A DNA stretch of 64,000 nucleotides. Source: an uncultured delta proteobacterium. GTDB taxonomy: Bacteria; Desulfobacterota; Syntrophobacteria; Syntrophobacterales; Syntrophobacteraceae. Below are positions 30,143 through 38,884 of the stretch, piece by piece (the first letter of the stretch is position 1; every line of letters begins with the position of its first letter). The DNA is taken from the NCBI GenBank assembly GCA_963808625.1, contig CAWEHK010000019.1, positions 32,001 through 96,000 on the forward strand. Direction: 5' to 3'. The translations under genes were made by a program, and so were the position numbers. The notes under the pieces were generated by a model. That model saw only the letters and a list, made by a program, of their open reading frames with translations. It did no database searches and was not told where the DNA came from.

Positions 30143-31558
30143 AATGGATGGCGTTTGCCCCTGAACTATACTGCCTTTTGGCGAGCGCTCTGGTTCCTCG
30201 TGCTGTCGCTGACGGCCGGCCCGATCCGAAGCGGGAACACCGGACCGCGCTCTTTCTGGCGTTACTGGGAGTGATCGTTAGCCTGGCTGCGGTCGGGGCG
30301 GACGGCTATCTCTTCGAAAAGGCTTACCGCGTGGACTTGTTCTCGCAGATTTTCAAGGTAATGCTCTCCACGGGGCTCTTTCTGATCACCTGCATGTGCG
30401 GGAAACTCACCGACATCAGGGACCGCGCACCGCCATGAATTCTATACTTTGCTCTTTGTCTGCACCCTGGCGATGATGCTGCTGGTCAGCGGGAACCATC
30501 TTCTCACCATTTACGTCTCCCTGGAGCTCTCCAGTTATTCCCTGTATGTCCTGGTTGCCCTGAGAAGAGAGCAGGATTTTGGGCTTGAAGCGGGCATCAA
30601 ATATTTCCTGGTCGGCATCTTTGCCTCGGCGGTGATGATCTTCGGGCTTGCCCTCCTTTACGCTGCGGTGGGGACCGCCTATCTCGATGAAATCACGAGG
30701 GTGCTGCCGGGAATCATCAGCCAGCCGGCGGTCATTCTCGGCCTGCTGCTCACCCTCAGCGGGTTCTTCTTCAAACTGGCCGTCTTTCCTTTCCATATCT
30801 GGGCCCCGGATGTCTACCAGGGGGCGATGAACCAGATTGCCGCCTATATCGCCACGGCGTCCAAGGTGGCAGCCATCGCCGTGCTCGTCCGCGTGATTGC
30901 TTCCGCGGGGGAAGGCAGCACCTACCTGGTTCAGGTCCTGGCGGTGCTGTCGATCATTTCGATGACCGTGGGCAACCTGGCGGCCATTGCGCAGCAGGAT
31001 TTGAAGAGGCTGCTGGCCTATTCGACCATTGCCCATGCCGGTTATGTGCTGATCGGGATCTTGAGCCTGAACGCCGCCGGGTATGCCGGAGCGATGTTTT
31101 ATGCCATGGCGGTGCTGGTCATGAAGTTTGCCGTCTTTCTGGTTGTGGTGGAGGTCGCTCAGGACGGTCGGAACGTTCAGATCGAACAGCTTGCCGGGCT
31201 GCACCGCCGCTCGCCGATTCTGGCACTGGCGCTGATGGTGTCGCTCTTCAGTCTTGCCGGCATCCCCCCCACGGTCGGCTTTACCGGGAAATTTCTGGTT
31301 TTTCTGGCAGCTATGGAAAGAGGTTACTTTAGCCTGGTGCTCATTGCCATGATCAACGTCGTCATTTCCCTTTATTATTATCTCCTTGTCATCAAGGCGG
31401 CCTACCTGCTCGAACCCGAAGAAGCATTGCCTCCCCTTCGCGTATCGCCTTCCATCCAATTGCTTTCCGGACTGCTCATTGCGGTGATGATCGTCGCCGG
31501 TCTGTTTCCCAGCTATCTCATCGAACTTGCCGAAGCCGCCGCGCGGGGTTTGGGATAA
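30139..31558 (+). CDS. nuoN: NADH-quinone oxidoreductase subunit N (5' frameshifts)
   Basis: EAGIKYFL, FKLAVFPFHIWAPDVYQGA, KRLLAYSTIAHAGY, SLAGIPPTVGFTGKF, SLYYYL. Confidence 0.92.
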
Positions 31559-31826
31559 TTATTTTTGACTTTCCGGGTCGTTCGGCAGGAATCGCATGTC
31601 ATTTCTGAAGATGCCAGGAAATAAGAGGAGATTGCTTGCCTCCGTTACGTGCGCACAACTGACGCACAGGGGGCAATATCCACAACGCACAAACTGTTGC
31701 CGCTGCCCTGCATAGGGGAAGCGGTGGTAAAGTGGAGGAAACTTCTATCGAACGCCTCAAGAAGGACGGGGCAATTGGTAAAGACCCCGGCAGATTGATC
31801 ATGATCAAAACCGCACACCGCGGATT

Positions 31827-32468
31827 TCATTCAAACTTGCTCTGATCCTTCCCGTACTCTGGATGATAAGGTCCTGCGGGCAAGCCAGATGGCGGGAGAA
31901 AGACCAAAACGTTTGCTTCCTGCGCCAGGGGTTTGTAGGTAGTGATCAAGGCATGCACGGCAGCCTCGACCAACATGCCGATCAAGCCACCGCCACCGCT
32001 GCCGGACGATTTGACGATATGCTGGGTGCGTTGCCACAAGATCGTGCCAGTGCGAGTGTCTTTCAGCACATATTCCGCCTTTACCTGGATGGACGACGAT
32101 AGCACCACATATGTAGTGCTCCACTCCTTAATCGTCACCAGTAGCACGGCATCTGCCCCGAAGAGATCCAAGAACCTCTGGCTTGGCATCTGGTGGATGT
32201 GTCCTGCCTCGCTCAAACCCAAGTCGCGCAACAGCATCTCAGTCAGAAAGATGGGGAAAACGTAATAGCCACGCTCAGCTAGAGGAATGCTCAGGGACGG
32301 CGAGAAGACGACGGGCGCGGTGATTTCCGGCGAATCATTGACCACTGGTACGATCACAATGGAGCGTGGTGGATGAGCACGGAAGGCTGTAAGATCGGCC
32401 TTCTGGGAAACCGCGCAGCCAGACAGGAGGACTGAGAGGGCAAGGGTGCAGAGCATTCTTTTCTTCAT
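31827..32468 (-). CDS. DUF799 / GNA1162-family lipoprotein
   Basis: Lipobox LLSGC; PRSIVIVPVVNDS, PLAERGYYVFP, FGADAVL, LPAGPY. Confidence 0.85.
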   Translation of the reverse strand: MKKRMLCTLALSVLLSGCAVSQKADLTAFRAHPPRSIVIVPVVNDSPEITAPVVFSPSLSIPLAERGYYVFPIFLTEMLLRDLGLSEAGHIHQMPSQRFLDLFGADAVLLVTIKEWSTTYVVLSSSIQVKAEYVLKDTRTGTILWQRTQHIVKSSGSGGGGLIGMLVEAAVHALITTYKPLAQEANVLVFLPPSGLPAGPYHPEYGKDQSKFE

Positions 32469-32902
32469 GGTTCTCCTCCTTCCGTTTCCAATGGCGCTGG
32501 CTCGGCTTCCGGCGATGTCTTTTTCTTGATGCGGTCAATCAGCCTATCCATTAGAATAGTCGATTCAGGAAAGGCTCGTTTTTCCTTTTCGAAAAAAGCC
32601 AGCGCACCGGCAGTGTCACCGCGACGAAATAACAGAAAACCATAATCAGCGTAAACACCAGGAGGAACGCGCTGGCTGCCGCCATAAGCAGCCATCTGTT
32701 CGCGCACCATTTGCTCAGCCTGAGCCGAATCCTCCCTTTCGTAACGTTGTTCCAGGCTGCCCTGATAGCGCCCCCAATCATAGAGTTGCGATGACGTGGC
32801 GCAGCCGGATAACAGTGCGATGCCAAGCAGAAGACAGGCGTACCGAGTGATACCTGGCTTGCACCAACCTCGTTGGTCTGGCGATAATTCCCGGCTCTTC
32901 AT
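32465..32902 (-). CDS. DUF4810-family lipoprotein
   Basis: Lipobox LLSGC; LYDWGRY, VPPGVYADYG, EKRAFPES. Confidence 0.85.
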   Translation of the reverse strand: MKSRELSPDQRGWCKPGITRYACLLLGIALLSGCATSSQLYDWGRYQGSLEQRYEREDSAQAEQMVREQMAAYGGSQRVPPGVYADYGFLLFRRGDTAGALAFFEKEKRAFPESTILMDRLIDRIKKKTSPEAEPAPLETEGGEP

Positions 32903-32925
32903 GATGTCATCCTTTAAAGTTGAAG

Positions 32926-33624
32926 CTACCTGAGAGAAGAACGTCGCGCGTCGAGCGTGTTAACTACATTGTTCAACAGGTTTACGATGGCTGCATCGAT
33001 TGCTTTGCCCTCAAGGGTTGAATCAAAGCCCGCGGTGCCGCCAAAGCCGAGCGTGGCACTGGCGCTGATAGTGGCTTCGCCGCTGCCTTCCTGGGTGTAG
33101 AAAACCTCTCCGGTTTTGGGATCGACCAACCGCAACACCACGCGAGCTCGGGCGCGCTGGGTCTTCTGCTTGCCCAGCAGCCAGACCCCGCCAGTGGTTT
33201 CTCTCCCCAGTTCGGCTACGGAACCCAGGATCAAGGCATCCAAGCTTTTCAAGCTTTGCTTAAACTGTTTCTCAGTTTCCCCCATGAGCGCAGACTCTGC
33301 ACGCAGTTTGGAGATATCCGGACGTTCCACCACGGTGAACCGCTGGGTGGCAATCAAATGCCGGGCCAGTATATCACTGGCTTGTTTGCCGATGCGATCG
33401 CCTGACTCATCGGTAAACAACCCGCTACCGTAGACCGATTCGTTGGTGAAGCGCCCAATCCCAATAGTCATGCGTTCCGATGCTGGCAAAGGCGCGACCA
33501 TCACTTGAGGTCCTCGGTCATCGACGTTCTCGTGAATGGCACGGTTGACGCAGCTTGCTGTGAGCAAAGCCGCACCCAACGCAAGCGTAACAACAAAGGT
33601 CGTTTGGCGTAGTTTGAGTCTCAT
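32926..33624 (-). CDS. CsgG/HfaB family lipoprotein
   Basis: Lipobox LTASC; IGRFTNES.YG, DRIGKQASDIL, RFTVVER, LILGSVAELGR, GFGGTAGFDSTL. Confidence 0.87.
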   Translation of the reverse strand: MRLKLRQTTFVVTLALGAALLTASCVNRAIHENVDDRGPQVMVAPLPASERMTIGIGRFTNESVYGSGLFTDESGDRIGKQASDILARHLIATQRFTVVERPDISKLRAESALMGETEKQFKQSLKSLDALILGSVAELGRETTGGVWLLGKQKTQRARARVVLRLVDPKTGEVFYTQEGSGEATISASATLGFGGTAGFDSTLEGKAIDAAIVNLLNNVVNTLDARRSSLR

Positions 33625-33804
33625 GGAAGACCTCCCTGAGGGGCATTCAGGTGATTGAACTATCAGGGGGATAAGGCAGTAGCTCCATCCCCTGGATAAG
33701 GCTCTTGCGAACAGTGAGTATTTAATACCACATATTTATCGTTATTCACAACTTATAAATCGTTCCAAGTCCCATCGAAATCACCATGACCTCATCCCAT
33801 GCGC

Positions 33805-34240
33805 CGTGGCAATCACACGTCATTTGACTGAACAAAGATAAACCGTGCCAGGCTGTCTTGGTGAATTAGATCCCGAGGAGCAACAGCACATGGAAGAAGC
33901 TATTGGCATTTCGGTAAAGGGCCATTTTTCATCGCTTTCCGACCCACGGATTTTGCTCAAGACCCGTCATCGACTCGTAGATGTGATCGAGACCGCCTCA
34001 GGATACTTTTGGTCAACTCTTCGCACTCATCAATCCCGAGGAATTCGGCAAATGTTTTTGAGCTGGAGTCGCAGCATGCTGCCGAAAACCTGGCTATGAT
34101 CCGCTGGTTTGCCCTAAGTCTCATCAAGCAGGGTCCGATAAGAAATATTGACCTAAAGGCCAGCCGAAAACGAGGTGGTCGGAACAATGATTATCTGCTG
34201 CATCGGCTGCAGCTCGCCTGGTTTTCGTGCGATTGCCCTG
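33805..34240 (+). mobile_element. Internally deleted ISAs1-family (H-repeat) insertion sequence remnant
   Basis: Transposase N-terminus (HFSSLSDPR..KTRHRLVDVI) joined to C-terminus (AAENLAMIRWFALSLIK..KASRKRGGRNNDYL); imperfect TIRs CGTGGCAATCACACG / CGTGCGATTGCCCTG (12/15). Confidence 0.82.
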
Positions 34241-34441
34241 GGTAAGGTTTGAAAGAGTCTTGTTGATATAAACTCTAACGGTTATAAAGATCACGTGTTC
34301 CGTCGGTTATCAGCCGCTCGAGTACAAGTCTCTGTCATCGATTTCCCCGCTCCGGATCCATCTTTCCAGGCCCAAGGCGGCACTGCGGCACCCTCGCACA
34401 GTCATCAAGCAATGGCCACAGGTTCAAAGGAGGAAACAGCG

Positions 34442-36655
34442 ATGAAGTCAAGGTCAGTTTACTGTTCGTTGCAGGCACTGCTTGTCGTGAGCTTGATCGC
34501 GATGCCGGCGGCTTTTGCAGAGGCCGTGACGCTACCCTCCATCAACTCCACCAGCCAGAACCGGACGGATCTGCCGGCGACTCCGGTGGCGAAGAGTCCC
34601 TTCGTCAGTCTCAAGAACTTCCGGATCATAGCCGCCAACGACCTGGGGATGCACTGTGGCGACCTGGATTATCGCGTAGCGGCCATTTTGCCTCCGTTCA
34701 ATGTTATCCACTCCCAGGTCATCATCACCAATCCAGGCCCAAGGACCCTTAACGGGGGTGAGGCCGATGTCTATTATTCAGCCGCTTCGAACCCCAAAGA
34801 CCCGGCCCTGCAAAAGCCCACAGATGCGCCGGTCTACAAGACGAATTTCTGGGACGATAACCTGTTCACCGGCACCGGCCACCCCCTTGCCTTCGATGCC
34901 TATGACGCCTTCTATCCTGCGGGTGTCCTGGGCCTTTTCCCGCTCACGTTCGACCTTGGATTGCCGGTACCCGACCTGGAAAGGCTCTACCTGGGGGACA
35001 AACAGCTGGCGGCTGACCAGCAGGCCATGCCCAGCGTGAAAAAAGTCAATCCACCCGCAAGCAACCCCTACATCGACAACCGCTTGCAGAAGTTCCAGCG
35101 GTTTATCACCAACTACCCGTTTTTCCTTAAATTTGCCTTTGGTATGACACTCCCGGAGCGCAACTGGTTTGCGGCGGAGGGGATCCCGATCGCACCCTTT
35201 GATGATTTTGGCAGGGCAAATCCCTATCCGCTCCTGCGCATCCAGGCCAAAGACAAAACCGGCAAGCTGACCGGCATCAGGGGGCAGATTCTCTCGTCCG
35301 TAGACACGGTGGCGCCCGTGTCGGCAGAAGCCAATTGCTGGCGGTGCCACACCCCTACCAATGCCAGGGACAACAGCAACGGACAGGCGGCGTGTCTTCC
35401 GGGTATTGACCTCAACTGTCCCCATGAGGGTTCACCGTCAAACCGCTCGGGGGTGGCTTTTACGGTGACCCAAGCCAAGGACGACGCGCCCGATGTCCCT
35501 TATGCCGTGAGCCGGGAGTGGGCAGCGGATTGGAACATCCTGCGGCTCCACGATGCAAAACACGGCACCACCCTGGCTGATGCCCCTCCGGTCGCCTGCC
35601 AGCGCTGCCACTACTCGCCGGCCCTGGACTTGGCTCAGCTGGGACCGGTCGGCCCGGGACCGGATGCCAATGGCAAAGAACAGACGATCCATCGCACGAA
35701 TTCGAGAGTGGTGCATGCTTTCCACGGAAACCTGGATCTTTTCGACTATCCCATGCCGAAGCCGACCAGCCCTAACCGGACGAATCCCAAAACCGGCAAA
35801 CCCGTAATCAACGTCTTTGTGACGAACATCCTGAATGAGACCTGTTATCAGTGTCACCCCGGCAAAGAGACGCGCTGCCTTCGCGGAGCCATGTTCAACG
35901 GTGGTCTGGTGTGCCAGGACTGCCACGGCAACATGAAGCAGGGGGGCGATGACTTCTCTTCAAACTTCCCGGTAGTGCCGTTTCCCAACGGAGCTGATTT
36001 GACCAAGCGCATCCCGTGGGCCAACGAGCCCGGCTGCCAGTCCTGTCACACCGGCGATGCTTTGACCACTATCGCCCAGTCCGACCCCTATGTGATCCCG
36101 GCTAAGGACGGTATTCGCCTCCTCCAGGCATACCGAACCAGCGACGCTTCGGCCACTCCCATTTCGGTGCCGACCAGCCGCTTTGCGGAAAATCAGGTTG
36201 ATGGCAAACACGTGCTCTATCGCCTGAGCAAGGACAGCCATGCCGGGATCTTCTGCGAGGGCTGCCACGGGAGTACCCATGCCGAGTGGCCGGTGAAGCC
36301 TTCATCGGGGAGCCTGATCGCCAATGACAACCAACCGGCCATCAAGATTCAGGGACACGCCGGCAAAATCATTGAGTGCACCGCGTGTCATCAGGCCGGG
36401 ACCCTTCCCGTAAACCTCAACGGCCCTCACGGCATGCACGCGGTCAATGACGGAAAGTGGGTGCAAGGCCACGAAGACTTCCTCGAGAAACAACCACTGA
36501 CCAGTTGCCAGACCTGTCATGGGAAGAAGGGTGAGGGGACCGTGCTGGGCAAGGCCGCTGCCGCCAGGAGTTTTTCCGTAGAAGGGAAAATCGTGAGAAT
36601 TTCCAATGGTCAGTTGGTGAAATGCACCCTTTGCCATAGCAATCCCATAAAATAG
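34442..36655 (+). CDS. Large secreted multiheme cytochrome c (9 CxxCH)
   Basis: Signal peptide (..MPAAFA), NDLGMHC motif, CWRCH, CQRCH, CYQCH, CQDCH, CQSCH, CEGCH, CTACH, CQTCH, CTLCH; AGGAGG before ATG at 34442. Confidence 0.9.
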   Translation: MKSRSVYCSLQALLVVSLIAMPAAFAEAVTLPSINSTSQNRTDLPATPVAKSPFVSLKNFRIIAANDLGMHCGDLDYRVAAILPPFNVIHSQVIITNPGPRTLNGGEADVYYSAASNPKDPALQKPTDAPVYKTNFWDDNLFTGTGHPLAFDAYDAFYPAGVLGLFPLTFDLGLPVPDLERLYLGDKQLAADQQAMPSVKKVNPPASNPYIDNRLQKFQRFITNYPFFLKFAFGMTLPERNWFAAEGIPIAPFDDFGRANPYPLLRIQAKDKTGKLTGIRGQILSSVDTVAPVSAEANCWRCHTPTNARDNSNGQAACLPGIDLNCPHEGSPSNRSGVAFTVTQAKDDAPDVPYAVSREWAADWNILRLHDAKHGTTLADAPPVACQRCHYSPALDLAQLGPVGPGPDANGKEQTIHRTNSRVVHAFHGNLDLFDYPMPKPTSPNRTNPKTGKPVINVFVTNILNETCYQCHPGKETRCLRGAMFNGGLVCQDCHGNMKQGGDDFSSNFPVVPFPNGADLTKRIPWANEPGCQSCHTGDALTTIAQSDPYVIPAKDGIRLLQAYRTSDASATPISVPTSRFAENQVDGKHVLYRLSKDSHAGIFCEGCHGSTHAEWPVKPSSGSLIANDNQPAIKIQGHAGKIIECTACHQAGTLPVNLNGPHGMHAVNDGKWVQGHEDFLEKQPLTSCQTCHGKKGEGTVLGKAAAARSFSVEGKIVRISNGQLVKCTLCHSNPIK

Positions 36656-36836
36656 GCTATTGCGGAAAACCATATCGGCGCGGGGGTACTTTAGATGATC
36701 GCCGTCTTTACAGCCTGTGATCTCTCTCTGGAGCCGCGTCTTTTTTGACGGGAAAAACAGAAGCACGCCATTTGCCAGTTGCATAAATGTCCGAGGATAG
36801 AGTGAGCAGTTCTTTCGCTCAGGGTGTAATCTCGCA

Positions 36837-37406
36837 GTGACTCTGGAAAGGTACCGCAAGAAACGGGACTTCATGCGAACCGCCGAGCCGCCGGGAACCG
36901 CGGAACTTGCCCCACAGGGGGAGCAGGAGCTGCGTCGTTACGTCGTCCAAAAACACCACGCCCGCACCCTCCATTATGATCTCCGCCTGGAGGAGGATGG
37001 TGTTCTGAAGAGTTGGGCGGTCCCGAAGGGGCCGAGCCTCGACCCGGCGGACAAGCGGCTCGCGGTGGAGGTGGAGGACCATCCCCTGGAATACGGCGAC
37101 TTCGAGGGGACGATCCCCGAGGGGGAGTACGGCGCCGGACGGGTCATCGTCTGGGACCGGGGTACGTTTGTCCCGGCGGGGGGCAGCGAGTCCTTCGGGG
37201 AAATGCTGGTCAAGGGAGCCGCCAAAATCCGGATTTCCGGGGAAAAGCTGAAGGGCGGTTTTGCCCTCGTGCGGACGCGCTGGGGCGGCAAGGGGAACAA
37301 CTGGCTCTTCATCAAGGAACGGGACGAACATGCCCGCCCCGGCTGCGACGTGACGGCAGCGGAACCCCTTTCGGTCCTCTCCGGAAGGGATGTCGACGAG
37401 CTGTAA
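36837..37406 (+). CDS. Stand-alone LigD 3'-phosphoesterase domain protein
   Basis: YRKKRDF.RTAEP, VVQKHHARTLHYDLRLE, SWAVPKGPS, KRLAVEVEDHPLEY, GEYGAG.VIVWDRG. Confidence 0.92.
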   Translation: MTLERYRKKRDFMRTAEPPGTAELAPQGEQELRRYVVQKHHARTLHYDLRLEEDGVLKSWAVPKGPSLDPADKRLAVEVEDHPLEYGDFEGTIPEGEYGAGRVIVWDRGTFVPAGGSESFGEMLVKGAAKIRISGEKLKGGFALVRTRWGGKGNNWLFIKERDEHARPGCDVTAAEPLSVLSGRDVDEL

Positions 37407-37538
37407 GCACTTCGATAAGGCTGAGCTGTGTCATGAAATACATTCTGCCGAAAACTCAAGCATGACCAAGCTTAACATTATAGTCTCTGCGATTTATACT
37501 TGTTTTGGCTGAGATCCTTCATTTTGGTAAACTTAGGA

Positions 37539-37627
37539 ATTCACCGCAGAGGACGCTGAGATCGCAGAGAAATCTAATGATTCCTGAGCGTAGTTTCTCC
37601 GCGTACTCTGCGCTCTCCGCGGTGAAT
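37539..37627. repeat. CGCAGAG-unit inverted repeat element between convergent genes
   Basis: ATTCACCGCAGAGGACGCTGAGATCGCAGAGAAA...TTTCTCCGCGTACTCTGCGCTCTCCGCGGTGAAT. Confidence 0.8.
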
Positions 37628-37685
37628 AAAGAAACAACTCATCCTTAACCGCTATAGTTCAGAATTGCTCGAATATTTCATCGGG

Positions 37686-38363
37686 CTATATGGTTTCGGA
37701 CTCGTTGATTGCTCCTTCGGGGCAGGCCAGGACGCAATTGCCACACTCGTCACAACGCTCTCCGATAATGCGGTAAGGACTTCCAGGCTCGATGGCCTTA
37801 AAGCTGCAGACTTCCATGCAGGCCCCGCAGCCAGTGCAATCCTCCGTGATCGTGCAGCCGGCTTCATGGTAGACTTCCCCGCCGAAGGAAAAACGCTTGC
37901 GCTGCAGCTTGTAATCACGGCTTTGCATTTCAAAATCATAATCGAATATTTCGCCCTTGCCGCGGTAAAGGCAAAACACGCGTATCGCCGGGTAGCGGGA
38001 AATATCATAGACCGCGAACCTGAAACCTTCATAACCCGCATCAGCCTTTTCTTTGACCGCATCGTAGGTGATTTCTCGAACCTCGCCGGTGATGCGCAAG
38101 GTAAACCCCGGTAGCATGAGCGGCATGCCGTGTTCATCCTTGCTTGCGACTGCCCCTGAAGGAAAAATACCGCACACGGCCAGCTCGGCGCTCTTCGTCA
38201 ATTGGCGGTAGAATGGTTTCGTATTCATAGTCAAGAAATACAGGCCGTCATCATCGTAACTGAAAAAACGGGCAATCCGTGAATGAATAGTCCCACCGTC
38301 CAGGGTGGAAAAACTGAGACAGCCGATTTTCTCAATTGCTTCGAAAATATCTTGTATATTCAT
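37686..38363 (-). CDS. Pyridoxamine-5'-phosphate-oxidase-like (split barrel) domain fused to a 2x[4Fe-4S] ferredoxin domain
   Basis: FSTLDG...HSRIA...GLYFLTMNTKPFYRQL; C-terminal CTGCGACMEVC and CDECGNCVLACP. Confidence 0.8.
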   Translation of the reverse strand: MNIQDIFEAIEKIGCLSFSTLDGGTIHSRIARFFSYDDDGLYFLTMNTKPFYRQLTKSAELAVCGIFPSGAVASKDEHGMPLMLPGFTLRITGEVREITYDAVKEKADAGYEGFRFAVYDISRYPAIRVFCLYRGKGEIFDYDFEMQSRDYKLQRKRFSFGGEVYHEAGCTITEDCTGCGACMEVCSFKAIEPGSPYRIIGERCDECGNCVLACPEGAINESETI

Positions 38364-38788
38364 AAGATTGGCTCCTTGTTCCATCTTTGCCCAAGATCGG
38401 TCAGAGTTCCTTCGACCATCTCCATCGATGCCGTGTTGCGCTGCGCCACCCGTACTGATGCGCTTGAGCTGAAAAGCCAAAAAGAAAGGCAGAGCCATTG
38501 CTGACCCTGCCCGCTGCAAAAGGTATGGTGTGTAAGACTGGCAACATTAAGAACTGGACTAGGTTAAAAAAAAGTTAAAAATACGCAAAGTGTAATCTGG
38601 CTTCAGGCATGGCTTATTGACTCATCCCCGCGGCAAAAAGCATCATGATAAAGAAAATTGGTTGCAGAAAGAGATCACAACCCTCCTCGACCCCAAGTCG
38701 ATAACTTTGGGATGACCTCTTGAGAAATTCCGTGAGCCTAATACCAAACGCTCTTGGGTGTTGTGCGCTTTCCGGGCTTTGCATCGCT

Positions 38789-38847
38789 GTGGGGCAGGCT
38801 TTCCAGTCTGCCATGACTGAATTGGCAGGCTGAAAAGCCTGCCCCAC
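38789..38847. repeat. REPIN-like inverted palindrome pair
   Basis: GTGGGGCAGGCTTTCCAGTCTGCC-ATGACTGAATT-GGCAGGCTGAAAAGCCTGCCCCAC; same arms as 8761-8826. Confidence 0.85.
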
Positions 38848-38884
38848 AAATTGGAATAGGGCAGGGTTGTTTTTGGACTGCGCC

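Noticed and set aside
14857..37406. Prophage or casposon/pipolin suggested by polB and the LigD domain
   Set aside because: No integrase, Cas1, structural genes or att sites; the intervening genes are respiratory and housekeeping.
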